From positions 75,800,498 through 75,854,603 of the forward strand of contig NC_068983.1 of NCBI RefSeq assembly GCF_001194135.2: 54,106 nt of DNA, given 5' to 3'. This DNA is from Octopus bimaculoides (taxonomy: Eukaryota). A program made the position numbers and the translations under genes. The notes under the pieces were generated by a model. The model searched no databases. It worked only from the letters and a program-made list of their open reading frames with translations, and had not been told where the DNA came from. Shown here in pieces: positions 41,101 through 51,812 of the stretch (within the stretch, counting starts at the first letter, position 1; every line of letters begins with the position of its first letter).

Positions 41101-41189
41101 AAGAGTAAAGAAGTCTCTAAATATGCTGAAATAGAACTTCGATTTATTTCTGTTGAAGCAAATGCTGTGGCATGGATAGTTCAACAGAC

Positions 41190-41330
41190 TGGTCCTTTAT
41201 TATTTCGTCGAACCAGAAAGGATGAAAGACAAATCTGACCTTGACGAGATTTAAGTTCACATCTTAAAGAGTCGAAACAAATGCCGCAAAGCATTTTGTC
41301 CGAGACTCTAGCGATTTTGCCAATATATAC
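41190..41330 (-). mobile_element. Degenerate SINE family B fragment
   Basis: tcgaaccagaaaggatgaaagacaaatctgaccttgacgagattt...gccgcaaagcattttgtccg. Confidence 0.65.
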
Positions 41331-41357
41331 CACTCTTGTAGAGCGAAATATTAATAA

Positions 41358-41488
41358 TCTTTTCTACTGAAGGCACATGGCCTGAAATTTGATGGGAGGG
41401 GACTAGTCAATTACATCGACACCAGTGTTTCACTGGTACTTAATTTATCGACCCCGAAAGTATGAAAAGCAAAGTCGACCTCGGCGGA
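41358..41488 (-). mobile_element. SINE family B, 3' two-thirds
   Basis: ggtacttaatttatcgaccccgaaagtatgaaaagcaaagtcgacctcggcggaa. Confidence 0.85.
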
Positions 41489-42984
41489 AGAGCGAAATAG
41501 TAATAATCAAAACATTCTCAGTCGAGACTGATGCGGAGCTAAGTGGTTGTAAAAGAAAAAAAGGAAAGAAAATAGCATGTTGTAGTGCTCATGCATCGTT
41601 TTCAAAAAATATTCACGTGTAAAATAAATGAATAAATAAAAATAGTTTCAGATGACAGCTTATAAATCCGAGTTGAAATTATTTTGCATCATTTACGTTT
41701 GAAATGTCCATACGAAAAGTGAGACGCCAATAACTGCCCTATTTTACAGCTACCACTAAAAAAGAAAAGAAAACGGAATTTTTGCATCTACTTAGTCAAA
41801 AAGAAAACCCACTATCAATTAAGCCCTTTTCCCTGAAGCAAAATCTAAATTCATCAACATATAAAAGGGTTTGCGTGAATGATTGTATTAAAATAGGATT
41901 TAACATTGTGTCGTAGAAAAATTCAATTTGTTAAAAAGTGATTTCCTTTATATTGCAGATAACCGTAGTTTGTATTTTTTTCTCTCGAAATCTTGGAATT
42001 TCAAATTCTTCTCAACGAACGAACAAAGATTGTGACTTGAAATCGAGATCAGTCGTATTTTTTGTTTATTATTTTAATCTTTATTTTACACCAATCTAAA
42101 ATCAAAATGTAGCATATAATATAATATAACAGAAGGAAATTGAAACCAAAATAATATGCAATCAATAACGTTGGATTTGAGTGACAATAGGTAACAAATA
42201 AAGAATCAACAAAAAAGTTGCATTTGAACAGAATCAAATATTGAAGCAAGCATCATTGTTAAGACGACCTTCAGTTGTTGATAAAATGCTACGTGTAACT
42301 TGTTGGTTTGGAAGGCTGGAAATATAGGATTAGATTAAACTCGAAAATGATACAAAAACTAAAGAAGTAAAAAATACGGAAAATGGGAGGAAAGGCATTA
42401 AAAAAAAGCACCTATCTAAACCTTCAAAAATCTGATAACTGGTAGAAAGGTCACGAAATAAAATTAATAGAAAAAGAGAAAAAATATTGCAATAATAAGT
42501 ATAAAACAAATGATTTGAAAGAGAAGTGAATGAACTACTTTGGAAAAGCCTTTGCAATATTGATTTCTTCATTTATCGAAAGGGCATCAGTTTGAAAGAA
42601 GTATATCATACAATAGATGACTTTCCCCCATATTAAAAAGAAACAAAAATAGGCAGAGGCAGGATTACATGATTTTTTTTGTAAGAATTATTATTAGTTT
42701 GAAGTAGTGATTATTGATAAGAAGTGGATTGGCAGAATCGTGAAAGAAATATGTTTCGGTTCTTTAGCTCAGATCCAACAGTAATAAATTTTGTCACTTA
42801 TCCTTTCGGAGTCGATAAAATAAACAATCGACTACCGAGATCGATGTAATCGATTAATCTCTCCTTGATAAATTACTAGATTTGTGCGTTTATTAGGAAC
42901 CAACATTGTTGATAAAATAAACTATTGGGGAATCGACTAACCACCTTTCCCTCCAAATTACTGGTCGTGTGTCTTATGGTATTT

Positions 42985-43156
42985 CTTCATGTTTTGCGTT
43001 CTGATTTCAAATGCTGTCGTGGCCGACTTTGCCTTTCATCCTAACGAAGCCGATAAGATAAGTGCCATTTGAGCACTGGGGACGATGTTACAACTAATCC
43101 CTTCCCAAAGTCTCAGGCCTATAGTGGAAAGGATTATTATTATTATTATTATTATT
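42985..43156 (+). mobile_element. SINE family B with (ATT)n tail
   Basis: gttctgatttcaaatgctgtcgtggccgactttgcctttcatcc...gagcactggggacgatg...gaaagg(att)n. A more decayed copy lies at ~42725-42900. Confidence 0.75.
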
Positions 43157-43484
43157 GTTCAGTAGTTTTATTTTTATACCGTGCTTCCACTTCACTACCG
43201 AGCGCAGCTCTGTGCGCCTTGGGTATGTGCTGTGGTTTGCTGTGGTACTCTTATGTTTACTGTATTGAAAGTGTTTTGCGTAGAATGTGTGCAGTACCCA
43301 GTAGTGCAATTTTCTGTATGTTATATATATTTGTAAGTCCTGGTGTTTTTGTTATGTATTTGTCTGAATATTTTTTTATTATACCTAAGGCACCTACTAT
43401 GATAGGAATTGTTTCTGTTTTTAGATTCCACATTCGAGTTATCTCTATTTCCAGGTCTTTGTATTTTGAAAGTTTTTCCATTTC

Positions 43485-43488
<4 letters not shown>
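43157..43488 (-). mobile_element. Young R4/Dong-type LINE 3' end flanked by (TAA)n on both sides
   Basis: KEMEKLSKYKDLEIEITRMWNLKTETIPIIVGALG...ALLGTAHILRKTLSIQ*. About 7 differences over ~235 bp from 38523-38757. Confidence 0.92.
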
Positions 43489-43553
<65 letters not shown>

Positions 43554-43574
43554 CATTATTATCATTATTATTAT

Positions 43575-44024
43575 AGATGGTTGATGATTGAAGATATTGT
43601 ATCTACCGGTGGTTTGTACTGTTTGTCAAGTCACATCAAGGACCTCAGACAGAAAGTACTTTACGCAATATGCATGCAGTTCCAACTTTACATCTACATT
43701 GTAGGATATCTAAGGTTTTCAGATGATTTTCCATATTGACTGGAATTGAACTTAATGCTCTGATGACAATAGGGATAATCTTTATGTTCGACTCTCGTAG
43801 CTGCCACATCTTAGCGATCTCAATTCTCAGGTTTCTATATTTATCAACTGTTTCTCTTTCATAATGATATGTTGTTCCGACACTGCTACGTTGATTATTA
43901 TGCACTTTTGTTTGTCCCCCCTATAGGTTACTATATCCAGCCTTCAGTGCTCTAACACTTTGTCTATCTGGAAATCAAAATCCCAGACGGTATTTGCCTT
44001 CCCCCTTTCGCCCATTACCTTTTC
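43575..44024 (-). mobile_element. 3' end of a second R4/Dong-type LINE family
   Basis: EKVMGERGKANTVWDFDFQIDKVLEH*RLDIV..., DKYRNLRIEIAKMWQL...IIPIVIRALSSIP and GTACILRKVLSV*, then a short UTR and (TAA)n. Confidence 0.85.
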
Positions 44025-44135
44025 CTTTAGGTGTTTTCGCTCAATAAACACTCACAACACCCGGTCTGGGAATCGAAACTGCGATCCTACGACCGCGAAT
44101 CTGCTGCCCCAACCACTGGGCCATTGCGCATCCAC
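44025..44135 (-). mobile_element. SINE family C 5' fragment
   Basis: Reverse complement of the first ~110 bp of the 20476 copy. Confidence 0.9.
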
Positions 44136-44454
44136 TTCTACACATACAAACATGCACATATTCACATAAACACGAAGTCAAACATGTGCACACACCACAC
44201 ATACACATGACATATACATACACACACAACAACTTTTTACTTACAAAATCCTATATAATCACTAAGCCGAGGATATTCAGTTTTTTTTCTCAAATTGATA
44301 TTGTCCAACCGCTCATACAGATTAAAGCAAGACGATTATTTCTTGTCTGAATTTTTTGTTTTTCTTCACTGCTGACGTTAATATCTGTGGAATTTAAAGT
44401 TTGATTGGTCACGTTCCATTTCAGTCAACTTATCCACGGTTTCATATTTATTCA

Positions 44455-44670
44455 GTGGAGGCGCAATGGCCCAGTGGCTAGGGCAGCGGACTCGCGGTCG
44501 GAGGATCGCGGTTTTGATTCCCAAACCGGGCGTTGTGTGTGTTTATTGAGCGAAAACACCTAAAGCTCCACGAGGCACCGGCAGGGGGTGGTGGCGACCC
44601 CTGTTGTACTCTATCGCCCCAACTTTCTCTCACTCTTTCTTCCTGTTTCTTGAGTAAAAAGCTGCGATGA
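44455..44670 (+). mobile_element. SINE family C, short form
   Basis: gtggaggcgcaatggcccagtggctagggcagcggactcgcggtcgg...ctctttcttcctgtttctt. Confidence 0.9.
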
Positions 44671-45049
44671 TATTAATTTATCGTTATATCTTACTGTATG
44701 TTTATATACATACATTATATGTATGTATGTATGTATGTATGCATGTATACGTGCAGATTTGTCTTCTCATGCATATACTTGCGTATCTAGACATACTCAT
44801 TTATACTTAAATGATAAACCTCTGGAAAGTTTTACTATGTATGTATGTATGTATGTATGTATGTATGTATATTCTTTAATTTTTTTTTCTGTCTTTCATT
44901 TCAGTCCGCGTTTCCATGCTTGCCTCTCCTGATACTAACCCGTATTTCTTTTTCTAAGAAAAGAATAACATTTTCATGCTCACACATTCACATAAACACA
45001 TCTGCATATGTATTCATATACATCGTTGTTTTACTGTCTCCTTGCCTTA

Positions 45050-45230
45050 TCATCGGGCAGTAGGTGCAAGCGCGTGTCACTGTCATGCAAGAGTGGTTCT
45101 TATTTTCCAATCTTCCACATAATCGTGTCTGGGTATGGTGAAATATTACCCTACTTGGAAACAGATAAGAGAAGGGCATCCGGCTGTGCAAGATCCGTCT
45201 GATCCAAGTAGGCATGGAAAAGTAGAGATT
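45050..45230 (+). mobile_element. Decayed SINE-like fragment with RTE-type 3' end
   Basis: cttggaaacagataagagaagggcatccggctgt...ggcatggaaaagtagaga resembles the RTE 3' end at 15355-15485. Confidence 0.55.
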
Positions 45231-45830
45231 TCATAGATACATATTATGTGGACGGTAATATTTTCAATATATCTGATTGTTTAAGTATTTCAGTTCAGTG
45301 CATTTACATATTCCTTCTCGATTGATGACATTTATCAAAAGTGTCTCCAATTGTTTTGATGTGCCATTTTCTACCATTTATAAAACTGTCGGCATTTTTG
45401 ACGACACGGGTATTATGGTTATATCATGTTTTTGAAATAATTTCAAAGTTTTATCAATATTTTCAAATTTTTAAAATATACATTTTGTGAGTGATAAATA
45501 TTCACTTTATATTTTAAAATCATTATTGAATTCTTGATATCAGCGGGCAATTTGCCATCGGTGAATGTGCCAATCATTCAATTACTTCTAGATGGGTATG
45601 CTAATTGGTGAATTGTTGGTCGGTAATTCAGCATCGGTGAATTGCTGTCTGTAAATTTTCAGGTAGCTAATAAAATCATCTCCCGCTTTCTTCAGGGTAC
45701 ACACGCAGGAAGTTTGAAAGTTGAAAAATAACTTTTTTAGTCTATTGCAAGATAAGAAGGCAGCTATTTCCTGAATTTTGGACCGGGATTTCTTTCCCTA
45801 GTTACCTTCTGTTTGTTTTGTTTCGATATG

Positions 45831-45888
<58 letters not shown>

Positions 45889-46459
45889 GCACCGTCCACG
45901 ACTCCCAATAAATGTAACAGTTGTTTTGAAAGATCCTGGCCTGATATGGGCAGGTTTTTCAGTTTGACGAAAGACAAAAAAGTATACTATTAATTACCCT
46001 TCTGTTCTAGAAAATTGATATATTTTGTATATTTTCTATCTATCTATCTATCAAGGTTTTCGCAAAATCAATTTATCATATAAGTACCAGGTAATAACTA
46101 CATTTCTAGTTTATGGTATTTTAATGACCGATATTAGGAATTACTTTTAATGAGGTAGACATGGATGTTGTCTTGGTTTAGGCAAAACTATGTTATATGA
46201 TTTGTGTTTTAGAGCGTATTGCTTTCAAATTTTCTCTACACGAGAATTCTGCTCATAGATCTGGGTCATTGCATTGCCCTAGCAGACACTTACACACACA
46301 ATCTGTATTACTTCAAGCAAGCCTTCTCCTGTCTCCCATAAAAAAAGAGACAGATGTTCTCCAGACATTAAGATTAAATCATATTCAGTCTCTACCGCTT
46401 CCGAACAAGCCTAATATCCTTTGCTCCCTAAACTTTCTCCTTAATTAAGGATGCCAGCA

Positions 46460-46570
46460 GCTCTAGGGAGAACCTCTTTGTGATCGGTAGTCATGCTAGA
46501 AATAGCAGACAAATCTCCTTCAAACCACATCCCATATCTTATAAATTAAAGGATACTGGTGGATAATCTG
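46460..46570 (+). mobile_element. Old dispersed repeat family F (representative copy)
   Basis: The motif ctagaaatagcag.caaatct recurs in decayed form at ~9790-9830(-), ~21310-21400(-), ~47940-48010(+), ~51900-51955(-), ~52670-52765(+) and ~53100-53240(-). Confidence 0.65.
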
Positions 46571-48568
46571 TAAATATGTTTGCTTGTTCATGGCCGATTT
46601 GTGGATAAATAACAAACCCATTTAGCATAATTTTCCTTTTAATCAATCTCTCTTTGTCGCTTTTCCAAGACATTTAGCTCAACAATCTTTTGCCTTATTT
46701 GTTGTCTACGCAGAGCTGTCATTCTAGAACCTTCGAAAAAATCAACGCTTTCTTTTCATTTATTAAAGATCTATTAACATTGCAATATTCAAATTGAATA
46801 TCAACACACACAGACTTTACCTATCAACAGGTTTCTTTAACATAGAAGACAATGAAATATTAATGCTTACTGTCTCACTTCTTTTGACTAAGAGATAAGA
46901 AATAGCTTTGTAATTTCTTTCAGACGTCACCCGTTATATAATTTATTATATTCTCAATTTCTTTATTCATTAATATTCTGTTTTCACCGTCTCGATCTGT
47001 TATTACAGTTTTTCAATATTCTTTTCCTAGTTTAATACCTTTTGTCTTGTTGATATCTTACTTGACATTATCATATGACCTATCTCATAGGTCGTAGACA
47101 TATTATATCGAATCCTGCACTGAGACTCTTCTCATTGATTTGAAATAAAATCGAAAATGTGCTTCGTCTGTCCTACAAATCAATAATTAATTTGACCACT
47201 GCACGAACCACTGAAGACGTAATATCTAATTAATTTGGGAACCTACAAGAGATAAGAAAATCAATGAGATTGGATTGTATCGGTTGAAATGAGATAAGAG
47301 TACACAAGAAAAAGTTTGTTCGAATAAAAAGAAAATTAAAATGACTAAATACTTGTTTTGTGAAGGAGAGCACATAACAGATAACTGATTACGGTGGATC
47401 ACTGTTAGGTACTTTATCATCAAACAGAGAGGTGAAAACAGTAAAGACCATGAACTTAGTAAGGTCCAATAAGGTTAGACAACGAATCTGAAACAGTAGA
47501 GTATTAGGATGTGCACTCTTATCCTTACTGATCTATATTATTGCACGTACGTTGATATAAATTTCTTTCTGTTGAAAGTGGTCCTTGTTTACTCGACATA
47601 ATATACAGATATAAAGTTACGACTGTATGTGATCAAAGAACATTCAACTCAGAGGATCCAATTCTTCATTAATCAATCCAGTAACCTCTTCTGTCAGACA
47701 TTGCTATCATATTTTTGAAGACCAATTATAATTGCTTTCAATTTCACCAAAACCTGAAACGCAGAATATAATATCACTAAATGAAAGTAAGCGTATAGAC
47801 TTCAAGAAGATGACAGGTTATTTTCTTTCATTCAAGAACAAATTCTAATTTAACTGTTCCACGTATGGTGGTGAAATAATTGAAGAATAAACTAGGAACA
47901 AACGATGGCGCCTTGTGTAAATGTGGGTGCATCACTTGTTAAAATTAGTAGCTGAATTCCTTCAAATCATGTCCTGTCTAAAATGATAAAATGGGCCAGG
48001 TAGTCTTTGATATATGTCTGAAAAAAGGAAGGAGCTTCGAGGCTGGAACACTTTTAGTCATAGTTCTGATATGAAGCTAAAGATAAAAAGTAATCGTTTT
48101 CTTCTTTATTGTTGAGCTAAGAATATATATCACCAGATATAGGCGAAAATCTAACTCGTTAAAGTAGATGACGCTTGTTTTCAAACAGAGCATTTTAATC
48201 TTCAAATAACTACTTACGTTTTAAAAATGAAAGCTCATTAGATAATGTGGTCCTAAATACACCTTACCTGAAGAAAAAAAAAAAAGACTGAATGATCACT
48301 GATGGAAGGCCTTTGATTATAGATTTGTTCTGCTCCATTTGATTTGATCATGAGCTGAAAAAATTGTCGACTGTTGTTAAGGTACTGGATTTCTTTTTTA
48401 AGATTTGTGAGAGCAAATTTGTTGCAGTCATTTTTCTTGTGATGCTGGATAGGATAATTAGTGTTACATTACTCTTCAGATCTAATTATACGGAATTGTC
48501 TGTGTATGAGTTTGTGTGTGTGTGCGTGTATCTTGGCAGACGAGAATCGTCTGCTACGGGCGCCGGAA

Positions 48569-48608
48569 CTGCAAGCTCGCGTGATTTCGCTCTATCCGGG
48601 CTCTTCAG
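48569..48608 (-). ncRNA. Degenerate hammerhead ribozyme paralogue (probably inactive)
   Basis: Minus strand reads CTGAAGA-GCC-CGGATAG-AGC-GAAA-TC-ACGC-GA-G-C-TTGCAG, with the same spacing as the 48896 copy. U16.1 is changed to G and a 12-nt insertion disrupts stem I. Confidence 0.65.
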
Positions 48609-48895
48609 CTCTGGTGCACTTAGCAGACAAGAATCTTCAGTCAGTCAACGATATAAATATGAATGTTTTATGCACCATGCATCGATATGAGAGGGCCTCT
48701 CAAGGTAAATATCACAGTATTCGGTGTCCTAACACAACATCCACGTTATGTTGGATATAAAGATTGCCTTTTGGTATTAATACTGTTTTTGTCGCAGTTA
48801 ATTATTTTTAAATAAGCTTGCTGGCTATTTGTGTCATCGGACTCTGAAATTCTATATATTGCTGACAGTGAGATTCGGCTGTCGCTACCAGACGT

Positions 48896-48941
48896 CTGCC
48901 ACTGAAGAACCAGAGCAGGGTGAAATCACGCGATCTGGCAG
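48896..48941 (+). ncRNA. Type I hammerhead ribozyme motif (minimal, retrozyme/Penelope-like)
   Basis: Stem I CTGCCA(48896-901)/TGGCAG(48936-41). Core CTGAAGA(48902-08). Stem II ACC/GGT with 7-nt loop AGAGCAG. GAAA(48922-25). Stem III ATC/GAT with loop ACGC. Cleavage triplet AUC (C17=48935). All conserved hammerhead core positions are present in the correct order. Confidence 0.85.
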
Positions 48942-49103
48942 TTTCAGCTCCCGTATCGGACGAGAATAATCTGCCAACGATATAAATTGGGAGCATTTAT
49001 GCACTATGCATCTGAATGAGAGGTCCTTTCAATGCAAATAGCGCAGTATTTGGTGTTCCAACACACCACCCACGTTAAGTTGTATATACAAATTGCCTTT
49101 TGC

Positions 49104-49106
<3 letters not shown>

Positions 49107-49156
<50 letters not shown>

Positions 49157-49246
49157 CAATATCTATCAATCAATCAATCAATCAATCAATCAACCAATCA
49201 ATCAATCAATCANNNNNNNNNNTCAATCAATCAATCAATCAATCTA

Positions 49247-49322
<76 letters not shown>

Positions 49323-49345
49323 CCTACCTTCCTATCTCTCTCTCT
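49107..49345. repeat. (CA)n, (TCAA)n, (TATC)n microsatellites
   Basis: Directly visible. Confidence 0.95.
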
Positions 49346-50423
49346 CTTTCTATATAAACACAATATATATTTTTATATAAAAATATATGTTGTGTTTATT
49401 AATTAATATTTATCTCCTACCAGATGGATTATTTTTATTTGTTAATCTTTCCACCACGGAACAGTACATTATATATATATATATATACACATACATCATA
49501 TAAACAGCAGTATGCAATGTTTCACCAAAAAGGAAAACCATAATTGTCACTAAATGTGACTAAGGTGTTAAGAAACAGTTACATTGCTAGAAATAATGTT
49601 GTTGTTAATGCGCACATGTGTGTATATATGTGTGTGTGTGTGTGTGCGTGAGTGTGTGTGTATGTGTGCGTAAATGTATGTGTGTATCTATGTTTAATAA
49701 TACAGGTGCATAAGACGGATAAAGTTGTAATATATGTGAAGTTTACAGCGTCTGCTGGAATCTGTAGAGATGTAATAGCTACAAATCATGCATATAGTGT
49801 GAAGAAAAGTATTTATGGTCAAGTGTTTCGAAACTTACAATTTCTTTAGTTTGGTTATAAATTTACATTTGTATCTATAATAATTTGTGCAACTGATGTA
49901 ATGCTAGTAAGTCTGTANNNNNNNNNNNNNNNNNNNNNNNNNNNNNNNNNNNNNNNNNNNNNNNNNNNNNNNNNNNNNNNNNNNNNNNNNNNNNNNNNNN
50001 NNNNNNNNNNNNNNNNNNNNNNNNNNNNNNNNNNNNNNNNNNNNNNNNNNNNNNNNNNNNNNNNNNNNNNNNNNNNNNNNNNNNNNNNNNNNNNNNNNNN
50101 NNNNNNNNNNNNNNNNNNNNNNNNNNNNNNNNNNNNNNNNNNNNNNNNNNNNNNNNNNNNNNNNNNNNNNNNNNNNNNNNNNNNNNNNNNNNNNNNNNNN
50201 NNNNNNNNNNNNNNNNNNNNNNNNNNNNNNNNNNNNNNNNNNNNNNNNNNNNNNNNNNNNNNNNNNNNNNNNNNNNNNNNNNNNNNNNNNNNNNNNNNNN
50301 NNNNNNNNNNNNNNNNNNNNNNNNNNNNNNNNNNNNNNNNNNNNNNNNNNNNNNNNNNNNNNNNNNNNNNNNNNNNNNNNNNNNNNNNNNNNNNNNNNNN
50401 NNNNNNNNNNNNNNNNNNNNNNN

Positions 50424-50760
50424 GGCACCTTGGGCTAGTGTCTTCTACTATAGCCTCGGGCTGACCAAAGCTTTGTGAGTGGATTTGGTAGACGGAAACT
50501 GAAAGAAGCCCGTCGTATATATGTATATGTATATATATATATATGTGTGTTTGTGTGTCTGTGTTTGTCCCCCCAACATCACTTGACAGCCGATGCTGGT
50601 GTGTTTACGTCCCCGTAACTTAGCGGTTCGGCAAAAGAGACCGATAGAATAAGTACTAGGCTTACAAAGAATAAGTCCTGGGGTCGATTTGCTCGACTAA
50701 AGGTGGTGCTCTAGCATGGCCACAGTCAAATGACTGAAACAAGTAAAAGAGTAAAAAGAG
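50424..50760 (+). mobile_element. SINE family A (head lost in N-gap)
   Basis: Close match to 19065-19405. Confidence 0.92.
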
Positions 50761-51420
50761 TATATACATGCATACATACATGCATACATACTGACGAAGA
50801 GCATGGCTAAATAATTTATATGTCATACATGATCATCGTATGGATACAAGAAAAAATATGTAAGATATTCTTAAAATCTGAAGGGTGGAGGATGATTGTT
50901 CAAAAAGAAAAAAAAGGCAACCATGTTTTTACTTAAACATCTTTCCTTTAAAATATTCATACTATTGAATAGCGACAATTCATATTATTGAATAGTTTTA
51001 TAAAATGCAGGCAAGATTACATATCACAAGAAACAACGATGTTTTCTAGAATCATACTTTTATTTCATGAACATCTGAAAAACATTTTGTTAATTAGAAG
51101 AACGTAAGTATATTCACCTATTTTAATTTTTAAGCATTTATTGTTTACATCCACATTGTCTTGAGTCACCATCTTTACTGAGGGACTCACGATACGTAAA
51201 AAGAGCAAATTCTTCAGTTTACATGGTGACCTTCTTTCAACTATTGTCGTTTGGAAAGCACAAAAAAGCATAACATGAAATTCTTCACCTCCACGTAAGT
51301 GGAAGATTTAAATGCATGACATAACAACACAACCATTGTGATCATCAAGAAAATACTCGATGGTGTAGCACTATCAGCTGTACGAGTCATTCTTTAACCT
51401 CAAATCTGCTATAATAGAGC

Positions 51421-51812
51421 TGTTGTTGTTGTTGTTGGCACTCCGTCACTTACGACGTCGAGGGTTCCAGTTGATCCGATCAACGGAACAGCCTGCTCGT
51501 GAAATTAACGTGCAAGTGGTTGAGCACTCCACAGACACGTGTATTCTTAACGTAGTTCTCGGGGATATTCAGCGTGACACAGTGTGACAAGGCTGGCCCT
51601 TTGAATTGCAGGCACAACAGAAACAGGAAGTAAGAGTGAGAGAAAGTTGTGGTGAAAGAGTACAGCAGGGTTCGCCACTATCCTCTGCCGGAGCCTCGTG
51701 GAGCTTTGGGTGTTTTCGCTCAATAAACACTCACAACGCCCGGTCTGGGGATCGAAACCGCGATTATGTGACCGCGAGTCCGCTGCCCTAACCGCTGGGC
51801 CATTGCGCCTCC
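51421..51812 (-). mobile_element. SINE family C, full length with TSD
   Basis: Reverse complement of the 20476 copy with a (CAA)n tail. 13-bp TSD gctataatagagc at 51408-51420 and 51813-51825. Confidence 0.93.

Larger units (their letters stand above)
48530..49106. repeat. Two diverged ~330-bp tandem units with an internally inverted segment
   Basis: 48647-48773 and 48976-49106 align in direct orientation (caacgatataaat...attgccttttg, roughly 75-80% by eye). 48547-48629 aligns to the reverse complement of 48893-48962. Confidence 0.85.

Noticed and set aside
42155-42190. LRR-like peptide MQSITLDLSDNR before a gt
   Set aside because: There is an in-frame stop just upstream and no usable acceptor; likely coincidence.
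51115-51237. Open phase 1-1 minus-strand segment ERRSPCKLKNLLFLRIVSPSVK...
   Set aside because: The peptide is unrecognised, competing donor sites exist and the composition is not coding-like; insufficient support.
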